Shown: positions 62,645 to 64,000 of the stretch, one piece after another
Layout: every line of letters begins with the position of its first letter
Position numbering within the stretch: position 1 is the first letter of the stretch
Source: Trypethelium eluteriae
Taxonomy: Eukaryota
Direction of reading: 5' to 3'
DNA length: 64,000 bases
NCBI GenBank assembly: GCA_051942245.1
Contig: JAVECL010000008.1
Span: 1-64,000, forward strand
Translations under genes and position numbers: made by a program
Notes under the pieces: model-generated
Seen by the model: the letters and a program-made list of their open reading frames with translations, nothing else
Told to the model about the DNA's origin: nothing
Databases searched by the model: none

Positions 62645-63183
62645 GAGCATTTTATGGTAATGAAAAGATGCTCCTTTGATGACGACGAGCGTGAAGTTCT
62701 GTCTGTGAGCATAAAGGATCCAATGCGAATTTTGCAGTGGAACATAGGATGGAACATCAAGACTCAAATGTTGAGCCAGTTTCCGCAACCGGAAATCAAG
62801 GGACAATGAGCCACGTCCCCAGACCTGTTTTCAGATATTATTCCCGTACCTCATTACCTTCGCAGAGAAAGCTGTCTGGAAATCCGCCATCTCCAAAGAC
62901 ACTTATTTTCATGATTCAGACAAAACTGCTTCTCCTTTTCATCTCTTAATTTTTCATATCACCGTCTTGACAGGCATGGCGACGGCTTCAAGCAATGGAG
63001 AAGCGCAGAAGAAATGGCTGGCCTCGCTGTCGATCTCTATATGGCATGGTGCTGAAGATTATACTATGGTGCACCTCTGTCAGCATGTGACGTGTAGTCA
63101 ATAAGCACGTCACAGAGTAGCTTCAGACCTTTGCTGAGCTGCCACTGTGCAATTAGCATGTTCTATAACATTTATTTAGTTAC

Positions 63184-64000
63184 TCAAGCGATATCAAGAC
63201 TCTCTAGTTTCCAGTCATTCAATGCTTTCATCGAAGAAAGTGTAAGGTGATGACTGGGACCTAGTATCTGCGTTCGTAGCTGAACACACTTGTTCATAAG
63301 CTTGACTGCCTCCTCGTTATGACCTTGTCCTTTCCATATGATGGCCAGAGTACTCATGCTGATCAGTGTATCAGGATGCTCTTCGCCAAGTACTTTCTTC
63401 CTCGTCTCCATCGCTATCACCCCCAGCTCCTCCGCCTCTTTCCATCGGCCTTGACCCCTGTACGTTAACGCCAGGCTGGCTATACTAATCAGTGTATTAG
63501 GATGCTCTAAGCCGAGCTTGGTCTTACGAGCTTGCATTACCTCCACGTCCAGCGCTTCTGCGTCCTGCCACCGGTCGAGCTTCCTATACGTCGATGCCAG
63601 ATCGGTCATGCTCTCCAGAGTATCGGGATGCTCTTTGCCAAGCGTCCTTTTCGTCATCTCCACTACGCGGAATGCCAGATCTTCCGCCTCCTGCAGCCGA
63701 CCTTGACTGCTATATATCAACCCCAACCAGCTCATTTTTCTGAGCGTTGCAAGATGATCCGTGCCAAGCACTCGTGAACTTGCATCTACCACTCGCATGG
63801 TTATTTCTTCAGCCTCGTTCCATCGGCCTTGATGCATGTACGCTTTCGCCACCATTGCCATACTTTCGAGTGTGTCTGGATGCTCCTTACCAAGTACCTT
63901 TATTCTTATCTCCATTACTTGTGTGTCGAGCTTTTCAGCGTCATTGCATCGACCTTGCTCCTTATACGCCCAAGCTAGGTCAAACATGCTGATCAGGGTA
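63184..64000 (-). CDS. C-terminal 42-aa TPR repeat array (kinesin-light-chain type), probably from an NB-ARC/NACHT-TPR NLR; 5' part lies outside the window
   Basis: Repeated LG.EHPDTL.SM..LA..Y..QGRW.EAE.L units. Confidence 0.85.
   Translation of the reverse strand, partial: TLISMFDLAWAYKEQGRCNDAEKLDTQVMEIRIKVLGKEHPDTLESMAMVAKAYMHQGRWNEAEEITMRVVDASSRVLGTDHLATLRKMSWLGLIYSSQGRLQEAEDLAFRVVEMTKRTLGKEHPDTLESMTDLASTYRKLDRWQDAEALDVEVMQARKTKLGLEHPNTLISIASLALTYRGQGRWKEAEELGVIAMETRKKVLGEEHPDTLISMSTLAIIWKGQGHNEEAVKLMNKCVQLRTQILGPSHHLTLSSMKALNDWKLESLDIA

Overview
Eukaryotic DNA from a filamentous ascomycete: short GT-AG introns with CTRAY branch points, RIP-mutated transposons and HET-domain genes. It looks like an accessory, decaying region. 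Apparently intact enzyme and receptor genes are an alpha/beta hydrolase, a Pth11-like receptor, an FAD monooxygenase, a BBE-like FAD oxidoreductase and an SDR. There are also small secreted and micro-proteins. Nonself-recognition genes are a kinase-HET fusion, a paralogous kinase pseudogene, a frameshifted HET-NACHT-ANK NLR and a TPR array. A 13.5-kb RIP-mutated nest holds Ty3/Gypsy elements and solo LTRs inside a pogo/Fot1 transposon, and two MITE families are present. The standout observation is a convergent pair of tRNA genes, tRNA-Asp(GTC) at 15177-15302 (+) and tRNA-Ile(AAT) at 15595-15778 (-). Their cloverleaves can be rebuilt only by removing three spliceosomal-type introns (GT...CTAAY...AG, 46-53 nt) at non-canonical positions, plus a short canonical 37/38 intron in each. 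All coordinates and splice models were derived by eye; no database searches were run.
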